The notes under the pieces are model-generated. The model did no database searches, was not told the DNA's origin, and saw only the letters and a list, made by a program, of their open reading frames with translations. A DNA stretch of 42,834 nt, from positions 1-42,834 of the forward strand of contig JACQLU010000006.1 in assembly GCA_016203935.1 (NCBI GenBank), in the 5' to 3' direction. Source of the DNA: Parcubacteria group bacterium (GTDB lineage Bacteria > Patescibacteriota > JACQLU01). Position numbers and translations under genes: made by a program. Shown piece after piece: positions 15,442-23,574 of this stretch (the first letter of the stretch is position 1; the number at the start of each line of letters is the position of its first letter).

Positions 15442-16416
15442 CTAGGTCTGTTTTTTGTTAGTTAGCCTCTCCTGAAATGAAATTCTCTCCTGCCATGATT
15501 TGGGTAACCGCTCATGGTGAGTTCCTAAGTATTCTCCGGTTTTCTTCCCCACATTCTTCGCACACGCGAACCATGACCAGCCGAGTCTTCGAATAATTGA
15601 GAGATCATTGCGTTGCCTCCAAAGATACTTAAGATCTGAGTAGGTGAGACGCGCTACCCACGGGAAAATCTGCCACGGATACTTCATGCCAGTATAGCCA
15701 TGGACGCGCTTAAGTGCCTTATATTCGTCAAACGAGCGACGAAAGATATTGAATGGTCGCTCGGAATGGGAATGAATTACTGCGCCGTCATGAGAATAGA
15801 CCGTTTTGTAACCAGCGGCGAGCACGTCACTGGCCCACTCTTGATCCTCGGCCATGCGCACATCTTTAAAGGGAATCTTCTCCCACACGCTGCGTTTAAT
15901 AATGGAGTTGGCGTTAGAGAAGAATTTAAGTTTATGAAGTTCCTCCTCGGGATACTCTTTTCCGGAGACTATTTCGTTTACTCGACGAGTGCCTCCCAGC
16001 CATATATTAAAATGATTCTCAATCGTCCGCGCTTCAAAAGGATCGCAGTCTAGTCTTGGAATATGCCGGCCAAAACCACCTGCAATCTTCTCATCACCCT
16101 TTACATCACGCACGAGGTTCGCAAGCCAAAAATCAGTGGATGGGGTAGCGTCGTGGGTAAGGAAGACGATGTAGTCACTTTGTGAGAGTGTCATCGCATA
16201 GTTCCGTGTCTTACCGTGCCCAAACTCGGCAGGAGGAATCTCTACCAGTCTCACTTGAGGAAATTCCCTGACGACTGAAAGTGTTCCATCGGTTGACCCA
16301 GAATCAATCACGGTCATCTCAAAAGCAAAATCAGTCTTTTGGCGAAAGATGGCAGCGAGAACCTCGCGAAGGTATTTTTCACTGTTTTTGGTTGGTAAAA
16401 CGATAGTAACAGACAT
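15442..16416 (-). CDS. Family-2 glycosyltransferase
   Basis: VTIVLPTKNSEKYL ... VIDSGSTDGT ... FLTHDA (DxD-like) GT2 N-terminal architecture. Confidence 0.8.
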   Translation of the reverse strand: MSVTIVLPTKNSEKYLREVLAAIFRQKTDFAFEMTVIDSGSTDGTLSVVREFPQVRLVEIPPAEFGHGKTRNYAMTLSQSDYIVFLTHDATPSTDFWLANLVRDVKGDEKIAGGFGRHIPRLDCDPFEARTIENHFNIWLGGTRRVNEIVSGKEYPEEELHKLKFFSNANSIIKRSVWEKIPFKDVRMAEDQEWASDVLAAGYKTVYSHDGAVIHSHSERPFNIFRRSFDEYKALKRVHGYTGMKYPWQIFPWVARLTYSDLKYLWRQRNDLSIIRRLGWSWFACAKNVGKKTGEYLGTHHERLPKSWQERISFQERLTNKKQT

Positions 16417-16538
16417 TGATATTTATAGATACTCATAGATATTTGGTGGTCTCCATTGGCGACTCTACGACCTATGGCGACCGATACTTGTTGTCACAAT
16501 GAGTATCTATCAATATCTACAAGTATCTATAAGTATCT
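16417..16538. repeat. Family-C phased hexamer array (GATAYT x3, core, GATACT, ARTATC x4; 10-bp spacing)
   Basis: Hexamers start at 16418, 16428, 16438, 16483, 16502, 16512, 16522 and 16532. The array fills the whole GT2-wzt intergenic space. Confidence 0.9.
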
Positions 16539-17727
16539 ACGAACTAAATTCCCATCGGTGGCGTAATCTTAACGTTCCTTCTTCTCCAGTAGCGTTTGTC
16601 ACCTTAAAGCTATACTGCCGATAAAGGTAATCATACACCTTCGATTCATCTTCCCCGTAGAGTGCGATATCAAATTTGTAGATTCCTTCCAAAAGATCCA
16701 AGGCAAGGTAGGTGAGGCGAACGGTATACTCGCCCTCGGCTACGTTGGTCGGCGAGACCCCATCCACCTCGGTATTAGTGCCGTAGAGATAGTAGCCATC
16801 GTAACGATAGAGCGCTATCCCTACGGTGAGACGAGGCACGGCTTTTTTGGCTCGATAGGAGACTTCAATAGAGAGCGATTCGCCAGTCGAGAAGGTATCG
16901 TGAGATCCGCCTTGCGCGCCAAGAAGGCTCACATGAGTAATCTCAACCTCCCGCGTGCCCCAGCGGTTTTCTGACTTTTGTGCTCCCGCCGCTCCGTTTC
17001 TTGCGCGGTTACGTTCCTCATACGTCCGCACTACCTTAATCGGCTCTCCGTACGTGACAACCTTGCCCGCATCCAGCAGAATCGCCCGATCGGCGTATTT
17101 CTCAACCGCGGTCAGATCGTGGGTCACGAGGATGATTGTTTTCCCTTGCCGCTTAAACTCGTTAAAGACCGAAAAACTTTTCTCTTGAAATCGCGCATCG
17201 CCGACTGCCAAAACTTCATCCATAAGAAGAATTTCCGCATCCACTTGGATCGCGACCGAGAAGGCGAGCCGCACCTGCATGCCTGAAGAGAAATTCTTAA
17301 GCTTCATCTGGGCAAACTTTTCGAGTTCGGCGAAATGCAAAATCGTGTCAACCCGTTTCAAGATCTCTCGTCGCGGCACACCGAGGATCGTGCCATTAAG
17401 TACGATATTTTCAACTGCGGTCAATTCAGAATTAAACCCGACTCCCAATTCCAAAAAAGGACTCACCTTGCCCTCGACCTTCACATGACCACTCGTCGGC
17501 ACAAGAATTCCGGCAAGACACTTAAGGAGCGTTGACTTGCCACTTCCATTCGGGCCGATGATACCAAAGAATTGTCCACGCGGCACTGAAAATGAAACAT
17601 CGTTAAGCGCGGTCAACGTCGAAGAACCGCCAGACGTAAAATGAACGATCAAATCCTTAAAGGTCGTCTTACGGTCGGTGGGAATTCTGAAAGTTTTAGT
17701 AAGGGTAGTAACCCGAACAATATCCAT
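16537..17727 (-). CDS. wzt: Polysaccharide ABC exporter ATP-binding protein with a C-terminal extension (Wzt/TagH type)
   Basis: Walker A GPNGSGKST, signature FSSGMQVRL, Walker B ILLMDEVLAVGD, plus a ~150-aa beta-rich C-terminal domain. Confidence 0.8.
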   Translation of the reverse strand: MDIVRVTTLTKTFRIPTDRKTTFKDLIVHFTSGGSSTLTALNDVSFSVPRGQFFGIIGPNGSGKSTLLKCLAGILVPTSGHVKVEGKVSPFLELGVGFNSELTAVENIVLNGTILGVPRREILKRVDTILHFAELEKFAQMKLKNFSSGMQVRLAFSVAIQVDAEILLMDEVLAVGDARFQEKSFSVFNEFKRQGKTIILVTHDLTAVEKYADRAILLDAGKVVTYGEPIKVVRTYEERNRARNGAAGAQKSENRWGTREVEITHVSLLGAQGGSHDTFSTGESLSIEVSYRAKKAVPRLTVGIALYRYDGYYLYGTNTEVDGVSPTNVAEGEYTVRLTYLALDLLEGIYKFDIALYGEDESKVYDYLYRQYSFKVTNATGEEGTLRLRHRWEFSS

Positions 17728-17832
17728 AAATACTTATAGATACTTGTAGATACTGGATCGCCTTTGGCGATCGATACTTATAGTACGGAGCAATCAGTAT
17801 CTATAAATATCTATCAGTATCTACCAGTATCA
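17728..17832. repeat. Family-C phased hexamer array (same 3+1+4 layout)
   Basis: Hexamers start at 17729, 17739, 17749; hairpin gatcgcc ttt ggcgatc at 17756-17772; then 17773, 17796, 17806, 17816 and 17826. Confidence 0.9.
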
Positions 17833-17838
17833 AAGTAG

Positions 17839-18606
17839 TTATATCCATTCTGCAAATTTCGGCGCAGACCGTCTAAAGAGCAAAAGACCGACGACGAAAA
17901 TAGCAATGGTAAGCATGATCGTGAAAAGTCGCGAGGTCGGCTCAACTGTCCCCGTATCAACACTCGTCAGCCGCGCATCCTGAATAATTTGAGCGATGGG
18001 ATTGAGAAAGAGAAGCGAATGAAATCGCTCGGGTACAAGGGCGACGGGATAGATAATGGGGGAGAGGTAGAAGATGATCTGAAGCCCCACTTCCCAAAGA
18101 TGGGCGAAGTCGCGGAAACGAAGATAAAGGGGAGAAAGAATGAACGAAAGACCCAAGGCGAGAAGGTATAACTCAAGGAGCACAAGAGGAAAGAGATAGA
18201 TAGTTCCCGAGATCGCGAATCCACCCACCGCGAAAATAAAAAAGACCGCGACGAGATTAAGAAGCAAGGAGAAGAGCGCGGTAAGCGAGGAGGCGAGGGG
18301 AATTAAGAAGCGTGGAAAAGCAATCTTTTTAATGAGATCACCCTTAGAGAGGAGTGAATTCATACCCATCATCGTGGCCTCGGCAAAAAAGATCCAGAGC
18401 ACCACACCTAAAATCAAAGACTGCGGGAAATTGACGTTGCCGCGGCCAAGCTTAAGAAAAACCGCGAAGACGAGGTAATAGACAGTAAAGAGAAGAAGCG
18501 GCTTGGCAAGCGACCAAAAATAGCCCAAGACCGAGGATTTGTACTTGAGCTTCAAGTCCGTAATGGCCAACTCCCTCACCAAGTCCCAGTAGTTACGAAT
18601 GGACAT
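17839..18606 (-). CDS. wzm: ABC-2 type polysaccharide exporter permease (Wzm/TagG type)
   Basis: 255 aa with about 6 TM segments. N-terminal ITDLKLKYKSSVLGYFWS motif typical of ABC-2 permeases. Adjacent to wzt. Confidence 0.8.
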   Translation of the reverse strand: MSIRNYWDLVRELAITDLKLKYKSSVLGYFWSLAKPLLLFTVYYLVFAVFLKLGRGNVNFPQSLILGVVLWIFFAEATMMGMNSLLSKGDLIKKIAFPRFLIPLASSLTALFSLLLNLVAVFFIFAVGGFAISGTIYLFPLVLLELYLLALGLSFILSPLYLRFRDFAHLWEVGLQIIFYLSPIIYPVALVPERFHSLLFLNPIAQIIQDARLTSVDTGTVEPTSRLFTIMLTIAIFVVGLLLFRRSAPKFAEWI

Positions 18607-18623
18607 ATTCCTTACTCGCGATT

Positions 18624-18668
18624 TCTACACGAATCAACACGAATACAGACACTAATAGAGACTAAAAA
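18624..18668. repeat. Family-D ACACGAA / ACACTAA array
   Basis: Sequence tctacacgaa tcaacacgaa tacagacactaa tagagactaa. Confidence 0.7.
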
Positions 18669-18706
18669 TCGTTCTTACTCTATCACATAACTACCTGTAA
18701 CGACAC

Positions 18707-18735
18707 TTGACGGATATTAATATGCGTGGAATATT
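18707..18735 (+). promoter_or_regulatory. Possible sigma70-like promoter for the 18803 gene
   Basis: TTGACG, 17 nt, AATATT. Confidence 0.35.
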
Positions 18736-18802
18736 ACATTCACGGAGCTCCTAGGATCTCACGAGAGGTAATTCACCTAGGAAGTCTTGGGGAGGGTTTT
18801 AC

Positions 18803-19024
18803 ATGTTGACTGCCGAACAGATAAGGAAGATAGATGAGCTTATTGAAATCTTGTCGCGCGACCAGTATGACGGTAATGGTCCCATCACTATAGAGGAGTG
18901 GGCAAGGCTAAAGCCGATACACGATGCCTATGTAGCATCCTTTGAGGAGTATCGAAGAGCCAAGGCGGAATACGAAGCAGCTGAGGCCGAATACAACGCC
19001 TTGAGGCGCAAATTCTCAAACTAA
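18803..19024 (+). CDS. Small hypothetical protein (73 aa)
   Basis: GGGGAGGG SD upstream of the ATG. A terminator follows directly. Confidence 0.5.
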   Translation: MLTAEQIRKIDELIEILSRDQYDGNGPITIEEWARLKPIHDAYVASFEEYRRAKAEYEAAEAEYNALRRKFSN

Positions 19025-19036
19025 AGACCTCGGGCC

Positions 19037-19066
19037 GATGACCCTTACAGGGTCATCTTTTCTTTT
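19037..19066 (+). terminator. Rho-independent terminator
   Basis: Stem gatgaccct / agggtcatc, loop tac, then ttttctttt. Confidence 0.75.
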
Positions 19067-19100
19067 GTCTAGAAGGGTAAAACTCTTAGAAAATTGTATA

Positions 19101-19130
19101 CTGGATTCCTGATCATAGTCAGGAATGACA
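19101..19130. repeat. Family-A half element (ctggattcctgatcatagtcaggaatgaca)
   Basis: Matches the right-hand module of the full family-A copies. Confidence 0.7.
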
Positions 19131-19172
19131 GAAGCGGGCGAAAACCGCTAGACTTAAAGGAGAACCAGTTTA

Positions 19173-19265
19173 TCCCCCTCTTAGGGTAAGAGGGGTTAGG
19201 GGAGTTACGATCCTTACAGCGGTTCATAACTCCTCCCTGCCTCCCCTTATCTTAAGGGGAGGAGA
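19173..19265. repeat. Family-B double-hairpin element (inverted relative to 13498-13588)
   Basis: Contains cccctctta-ggg-taagagggg ... ctcccctta-tct-taaggggag. Confidence 0.85.
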
Positions 19266-19278
19266 TGCTCAAAATACG

Positions 19279-20340
19279 ATGAACCCTTTCTTTTCGGTCA
19301 TTATTGTGAGTTACAACACGAAAGAGCTTACGTTGCAAGCGATTCAATCGGTAGAAAGGGAGCGGACACAGGTGCCGTTTGAAGTCTTTGTCGTTGACAA
19401 TAATTCGCATGACGGCAGCGCTGACGCCATTCAAGCCACTTTTCCTTGGATTACTCTTATCCGAAATAACGGAAACTTCGGCTTCGCAAAGGGCAACAAT
19501 CAAGCGATCGAGAGGGCGAGCGGCGAATACATCTTTCTTCTCAATAGCGATGCTTATCTTAAGGAGGGATCTTTGCGAAGAGCATACGAAATACTTAGTA
19601 ATGAGCACTGTGCCGTGGCGGCAGCAAAAGTACTCTCCGCAAAAAAACCGGCAATGATTGATAGAATAGGGGATGCGTATGAGCGCGGCGGGCTTGCTTA
19701 TACACTTGGGTTTGAAGAAATTGACGAGGGACAGTATGATACATCTCGCCGCGTATTCAGCGCTTCTGGCACCGCGGTTTTTTATCGCCGCGATGTGCTT
19801 GCGAAAATCGGCGCCTACGATGACGATTTTTTTATGTACTATGAAGATATCGACCTTGGGTTTCGTGCGAATCTTGCTGGCTACCAATGCGTGACGATTC
19901 CAGAAGTAACGGTCTATCATTGGGGTACTGCCTCCTCCGGCGGGGTTCGCTTTAGTCCGCTTACCATACGACAGACGACACAAAATATGATCAATGTGAT
20001 AGTGAAGGACTTGCCAACCGCGCTCATAGTTGGCGCACTCCCTAGTATTCTAATCAATCTCTTGCTGCGTTTGCCGAGGCTTGCGATTGTCTCGGGTGCG
20101 TTTGGAGCTTACCTTGTCGGACTTGGACGTGGTATTCGCTCTTTGCCTCACATGCTTAAGAAGCGGCGCGAGGTCATGAAATTGAAAGTCATTTCCAATC
20201 GGGAACTTACCGAACGTATCATCGAATCAGAGCGACAAATCATTAAAAGTCTCGAGCGACGGTTTATCCGTAAGCCATGGCGAAAGTTTATTCTTGGGTT
20301 ACGAAAAATTCTCTTCCAATTGCGGTTTGGGCGAGTGTAG
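19279..20340 (+). CDS. Family-2 glycosyltransferase with a C-terminal membrane-associated tail
   Basis: FSVIIVSYNTKELT ... VVDNNSHDGS ... LLNSDA ... YYEDIDLGFR. Confidence 0.8.
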   Translation: MNPFFSVIIVSYNTKELTLQAIQSVERERTQVPFEVFVVDNNSHDGSADAIQATFPWITLIRNNGNFGFAKGNNQAIERASGEYIFLLNSDAYLKEGSLRRAYEILSNEHCAVAAAKVLSAKKPAMIDRIGDAYERGGLAYTLGFEEIDEGQYDTSRRVFSASGTAVFYRRDVLAKIGAYDDDFFMYYEDIDLGFRANLAGYQCVTIPEVTVYHWGTASSGGVRFSPLTIRQTTQNMINVIVKDLPTALIVGALPSILINLLLRLPRLAIVSGAFGAYLVGLGRGIRSLPHMLKKRREVMKLKVISNRELTERIIESERQIIKSLERRFIRKPWRKFILGLRKILFQLRFGRV

Positions 20341-21740
20341 GAATCTTGGTTCTCCTCCGCGCACTCGACGTGGCACGGCCCGACCTACTTTGGTACCAGA
20401 TCGCAACTGCGCTCCTTGCGATTTTCATTATTGTACTCGCATGGCAGGAGCCACGTGCCCTCCTCACCTTACTCATCACTGAGTTAGTATTAGGCGGAAG
20501 CGGGAGGATGATCCTTATCGGCGGCGTGCTCCCGTTTCGGTCACTGCTCCTTATACTGGCGCCCCTTTCCGCATGGCGCGCAGATGCTTCAATATTTCAC
20601 GATCGTGAAGTATTGAAGGCGACTGTTCGCATGACGGCAGCTGTACTGATTGGCATGATCCTTCTTTGGGGACTCTATGGTTATTTTCAAGGAAATGAAC
20701 CGTCTCGTATCCTTGCTGATATCGATGGGTTTTCCGGACTTCTTCTCATCCCGTGGGCTTGGCTTATTCTTAAGGATCCGTCGCTTACACGCTTCGCACA
20801 AAAAGTCGGGATCTCTGTACTCACCATTCTTGCAGTGGTTACCTTGCTTCTCTTTGTGGCGCATAGCATTATCTCAACTTTCTCGTCCTTCTCGCTTCTT
20901 CATCTTGCCGACGTTATCTTGCGTGAACGACTGGGAGTAACGGGTGCGATAGGCATTACCGCTACCAATGAGCCACGTGTGCTCTTTGTAAGCTCAATCC
21001 TTTTAATTCCTACTGTTTTGTATTTTCTAATCAACCTAATTCCAACAAAAAAAGTTAGTCATCCTGAACTCGATTCAGGATCCAGAATGCAACTCTCCTG
21101 GATCCCGGCTTTCGCTGGGATGACATTACTAATACTGGCATTGCTGGTGAGCCGCTCGCGAGGGCTTTTCTTGGGGACGGCAACCGCTTTTGCTACTACC
21201 TTCGGACTTTTAACCGTAAAACGGTGGGTGAAACTCGTCGCGGCCATCCTTGTAATTGCGATAGGTTTACTTATCATTGGTGAGGCGCTCCGCGAGAAGG
21301 AGCTCCTGCCTAATAGCACGCGCTTTCTACAGTCGAATGCCCTTATTACTGAAATTGCGAAGCGGCCACTTTTCGGAGCCGGATTTGGCGCTACCATCTC
21401 CGATCCCATGGGGAGTGGGAAACAGCTCTCCATTTTCGAGCTCGGCTATCACGACCTTGCGTTTAAGACCGGACTTGTTGGATTACTTCTCTGGTTTGGT
21501 CTTATGGGTATTCTCTGGTGGCGAGGAGTGAGTCGCTTTCGCATCGAAAAAGACGAGGGTCATCGCTACCTTCTCGCAGTTCTCCTCGGCACCTCGATCG
21601 CGTTTGCCGTTATGGGAATTTTCAATCCAGTAATCACGGGTGTCTATAATATCGCCTTGCTGGGACTGCTTGCTGTTGCCATCGATAGAAATGACCAAAA
21701 AATGGCTTATGCTAGTACTATAGAGGCTAAACCTCTATAG
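20277..21740 (+). CDS. O-antigen polymerase/ligase-like (Wzy_C-type) polytopic membrane protein carrying an in-frame family-A element
   Basis: More than 10 hydrophobic segments. The LLVSRSRGLFLG block is as I recall from Wzy_C domains. The start is uncertain because ATG 20277 overlaps the upstream gene by 64 nt. Confidence 0.65.
   Translation: MAKVYSWVTKNSLPIAVWASVGILVLLRALDVARPDLLWYQIATALLAIFIIVLAWQEPRALLTLLITELVLGGSGRMILIGGVLPFRSLLLILAPLSAWRADASIFHDREVLKATVRMTAAVLIGMILLWGLYGYFQGNEPSRILADIDGFSGLLLIPWAWLILKDPSLTRFAQKVGISVLTILAVVTLLLFVAHSIISTFSSFSLLHLADVILRERLGVTGAIGITATNEPRVLFVSSILLIPTVLYFLINLIPTKKVSHPELDSGSRMQLSWIPAFAGMTLLILALLVSRSRGLFLGTATAFATTFGLLTVKRWVKLVAAILVIAIGLLIIGEALREKELLPNSTRFLQSNALITEIAKRPLFGAGFGATISDPMGSGKQLSIFELGYHDLAFKTGLVGLLLWFGLMGILWWRGVSRFRIEKDEGHRYLLAVLLGTSIAFAVMGIFNPVITGVYNIALLGLLAVAIDRNDQKMAYASTIEAKPL
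21058..21125. repeat. Family-A palindromic element lying inside the CDS, read in frame as SHPELDSGSRMQLSWIPAFAGMT
   Basis: GTCATCC-tgaac tcga ttcag-GATCCAG ... CTGGATCCC-ggc tttc gct-GGGATGACA. No stop codon is introduced. Confidence 0.85.
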
Positions 21741-21744
21741 TAGA
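21711..21744. repeat. Family-F hairpin element overlapping the last codons of the Wzy-like CDS
   Basis: ctatagagg-ctaaa-cctctatag; encodes ..STIEAKPL*. Confidence 0.75.
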
Positions 21745-21776
21745 TGGTTAAGCGGTTTTTTATTGACATAAAAGAT

Positions 21777-22697
21777 ATGCAGCTTTCGACGATTATAGTT
21801 AATTACAACACCCGCGATGACCTTAAAGAGGCCTTACAATCATTGCAGGGACAGGGGATTACTGATAGCGAGGTAATTGTCGTTGATAATGCCTCCACTG
21901 ACGGAAGTGTCGAGGCGCTTACAGAACTTGAGGCTAAGCCTCACCTATCGAGGCTTAACCTCAAAGTGATCGCCAACCAAACAAATCTCGGTTTTGCCAA
22001 GGCGGTAAACCAGGGACTAAGGATCGCGCGTGGAGAATTTATTTTACTCCTTAATCCGGATGTGCGTTTCCAAGGCCGAGCTCTCTCCACCATGATTCAA
22101 TACGTGCGTGACCATCCTCACGTTGCGAGCGTCGGTCCCAAGATCATCTATCCCGACGGTCGGCTTCAGCCTTCTCGCGGAACGTTCCCCACGCTCGCGA
22201 AGAGTCTCGCGTCGCTCTTCCGCATTAAGTCGCTCCTCCCTCCTGATGAGAGAATGATCCAAATGGCAAAGGGCCGATTGGGGAGAATAGCAGCCCAATG
22301 GGGAGATCCGGAAGCGACTCAAGAGGTCGATTTCACCACCGGCGCCTGCCTATTGATCCGCCGTTCACTCTTTGACACGATCGGCACATTTGATGAACGG
22401 TTCTTCCTCTATTATGAGGAGATTGATTTTTTTCTGCGCGCGCATGAAGCCGGCTTTCGGCACCTGTATCTTCCCGCTGCGGTCGTGGTGCACACCGTCG
22501 GAACGAGTTCTAAAAAGATTGGTCTTAGCTCGTACCGTTATCGCTACGAGAGCATGATCAAGTATTTCATGAAACACAAGCCGTGGTGGCAGACGTTCGT
22601 GATTCGTGTGGCGATTGTGCTCAAATCCCTAGGATCATTTATGGTGTCGGTAGTGCTATTGCGTCCAAGAATGACATGGCTCACTATCAATGTATGA
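21777..22697 (+). CDS. Family-2 glycosyltransferase
   Basis: MQLSTIIVNYNTRDDL ... VVDNASTDGS ... LLNPDV ... YYEEIDF. An alternative start lies at 21744. Confidence 0.8.
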   Translation: MQLSTIIVNYNTRDDLKEALQSLQGQGITDSEVIVVDNASTDGSVEALTELEAKPHLSRLNLKVIANQTNLGFAKAVNQGLRIARGEFILLLNPDVRFQGRALSTMIQYVRDHPHVASVGPKIIYPDGRLQPSRGTFPTLAKSLASLFRIKSLLPPDERMIQMAKGRLGRIAAQWGDPEATQEVDFTTGACLLIRRSLFDTIGTFDERFFLYYEEIDFFLRAHEAGFRHLYLPAAVVVHTVGTSSKKIGLSSYRYRYESMIKYFMKHKPWWQTFVIRVAIVLKSLGSFMVSVVLLRPRMTWLTINV

Positions 22698-23569
22698 CTA
22701 CTTCCGTCATCATCGTCAGTTACAATGTCGCCGAGCATCTCAGGCGATGCTTAATGTCGCTTGCTCTGCAAACCAAGCTGCCCGACGAAATTATCGTCGT
22801 CGATAACGCCTCGGCGGACGAAACCGTCTCGATGATCAAACGTGAATTCCCTCACGTACGTCTCATCACCAATGCGGAGAATCGCGGGTTTGCCAAAGCA
22901 GTGAATCAGGCTATGAGAATAAGCAGGGGAGAGGCACTTCTCATTCTCAATCCCGATACCGAAGTTCCTCCCACTACGCTTGATGCGCTCGGAAGTTACC
23001 TTGCGCAGCACACTGACGTAGGCATTGTGGGCCCCAAAATCATAAAACCTGACGGCAGCCTCGAGCTCGGGGCTCGGAAGACACTTCCCACCCCCAACGT
23101 TGCGTTCTTTAGAATGATCGGGCTCGCGCGACTCTTTCCGCGTCACAAAACCTTTGCCCGCTATAACCTCACCTACCTTGACCCTGACGGAATCTATCCG
23201 GTTGACATAGTCTCGGGATCCTGTATGCTCGTGCGACGCGTGGTAGCCGAAAAGCTTTCCGGTTTTGATGAACGTTTTTTTATGTACGCCGAAGATATTG
23301 ACTTCTGTTATCGTGCGGGCCAAGCGGGGTATAACGTACACTATGTGGGAGCGGTGACCATCACCCACGTGCATGGCGCGAGTTCCCGAAAACGCCGGCT
23401 GCAAAGCATCTTCCATTTTTACCGCTCCATGTGGCTCTTTTATAATAAACATTTTGCTGCCGGGACCTTTGTATTGCTTCGGCCATTCGTGTATGCTGCG
23501 ATTCTCTTGAGGGGTACTCTCGCATTTCTCTGGAATGGTCTTTTGCGCCGCCCGGGACATTTTGCGTAA
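22694..23569 (+). CDS. Family-2 glycosyltransferase
   Basis: MTTSVIIVSYNVAEHL ... VVDNASADET ... ILNPDT ... MYAEDIDF. The ATGA start/stop overlaps the upstream GT2. Confidence 0.8.
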   Translation: MTTSVIIVSYNVAEHLRRCLMSLALQTKLPDEIIVVDNASADETVSMIKREFPHVRLITNAENRGFAKAVNQAMRISRGEALLILNPDTEVPPTTLDALGSYLAQHTDVGIVGPKIIKPDGSLELGARKTLPTPNVAFFRMIGLARLFPRHKTFARYNLTYLDPDGIYPVDIVSGSCMLVRRVVAEKLSGFDERFFMYAEDIDFCYRAGQAGYNVHYVGAVTITHVHGASSRKRRLQSIFHFYRSMWLFYNKHFAAGTFVLLRPFVYAAILLRGTLAFLWNGLLRRPGHFA

Positions 23570-23574
23570 CTTCT

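Noticed and set aside
16417-16538. CRISPR-like appearance of the regularly spaced repeats (families C and D).
   Set aside because: The period is only 10-12 bp and there are no unique spacers of 25-40 bp. The repeat units are 6-7 nt, and no cas genes are present.
19252-19983. 243-aa ORF antisense to the GT2 gene. Similar long antisense ORFs occur at 22751..23560, 23361..24035, 25970..26470, 25421..25894, 37826..38353, 38163..38642, 38754..39176 and 32641..33147.
   Set aside because: Each lies opposite a CDS with clear family motifs. Their sequences are low-complexity (R/S/A-rich) and they lack an SD or promoter. They are shadow ORFs.
10540-21744. An 11-kb invertible segment bounded by the inverted family-F copies.
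   Set aside because: No recombinase or invertase gene lies in or near the segment. The element is itself a hairpin palindrome, so an inverted match is expected. It is kept only as a low-priority check within a finding.
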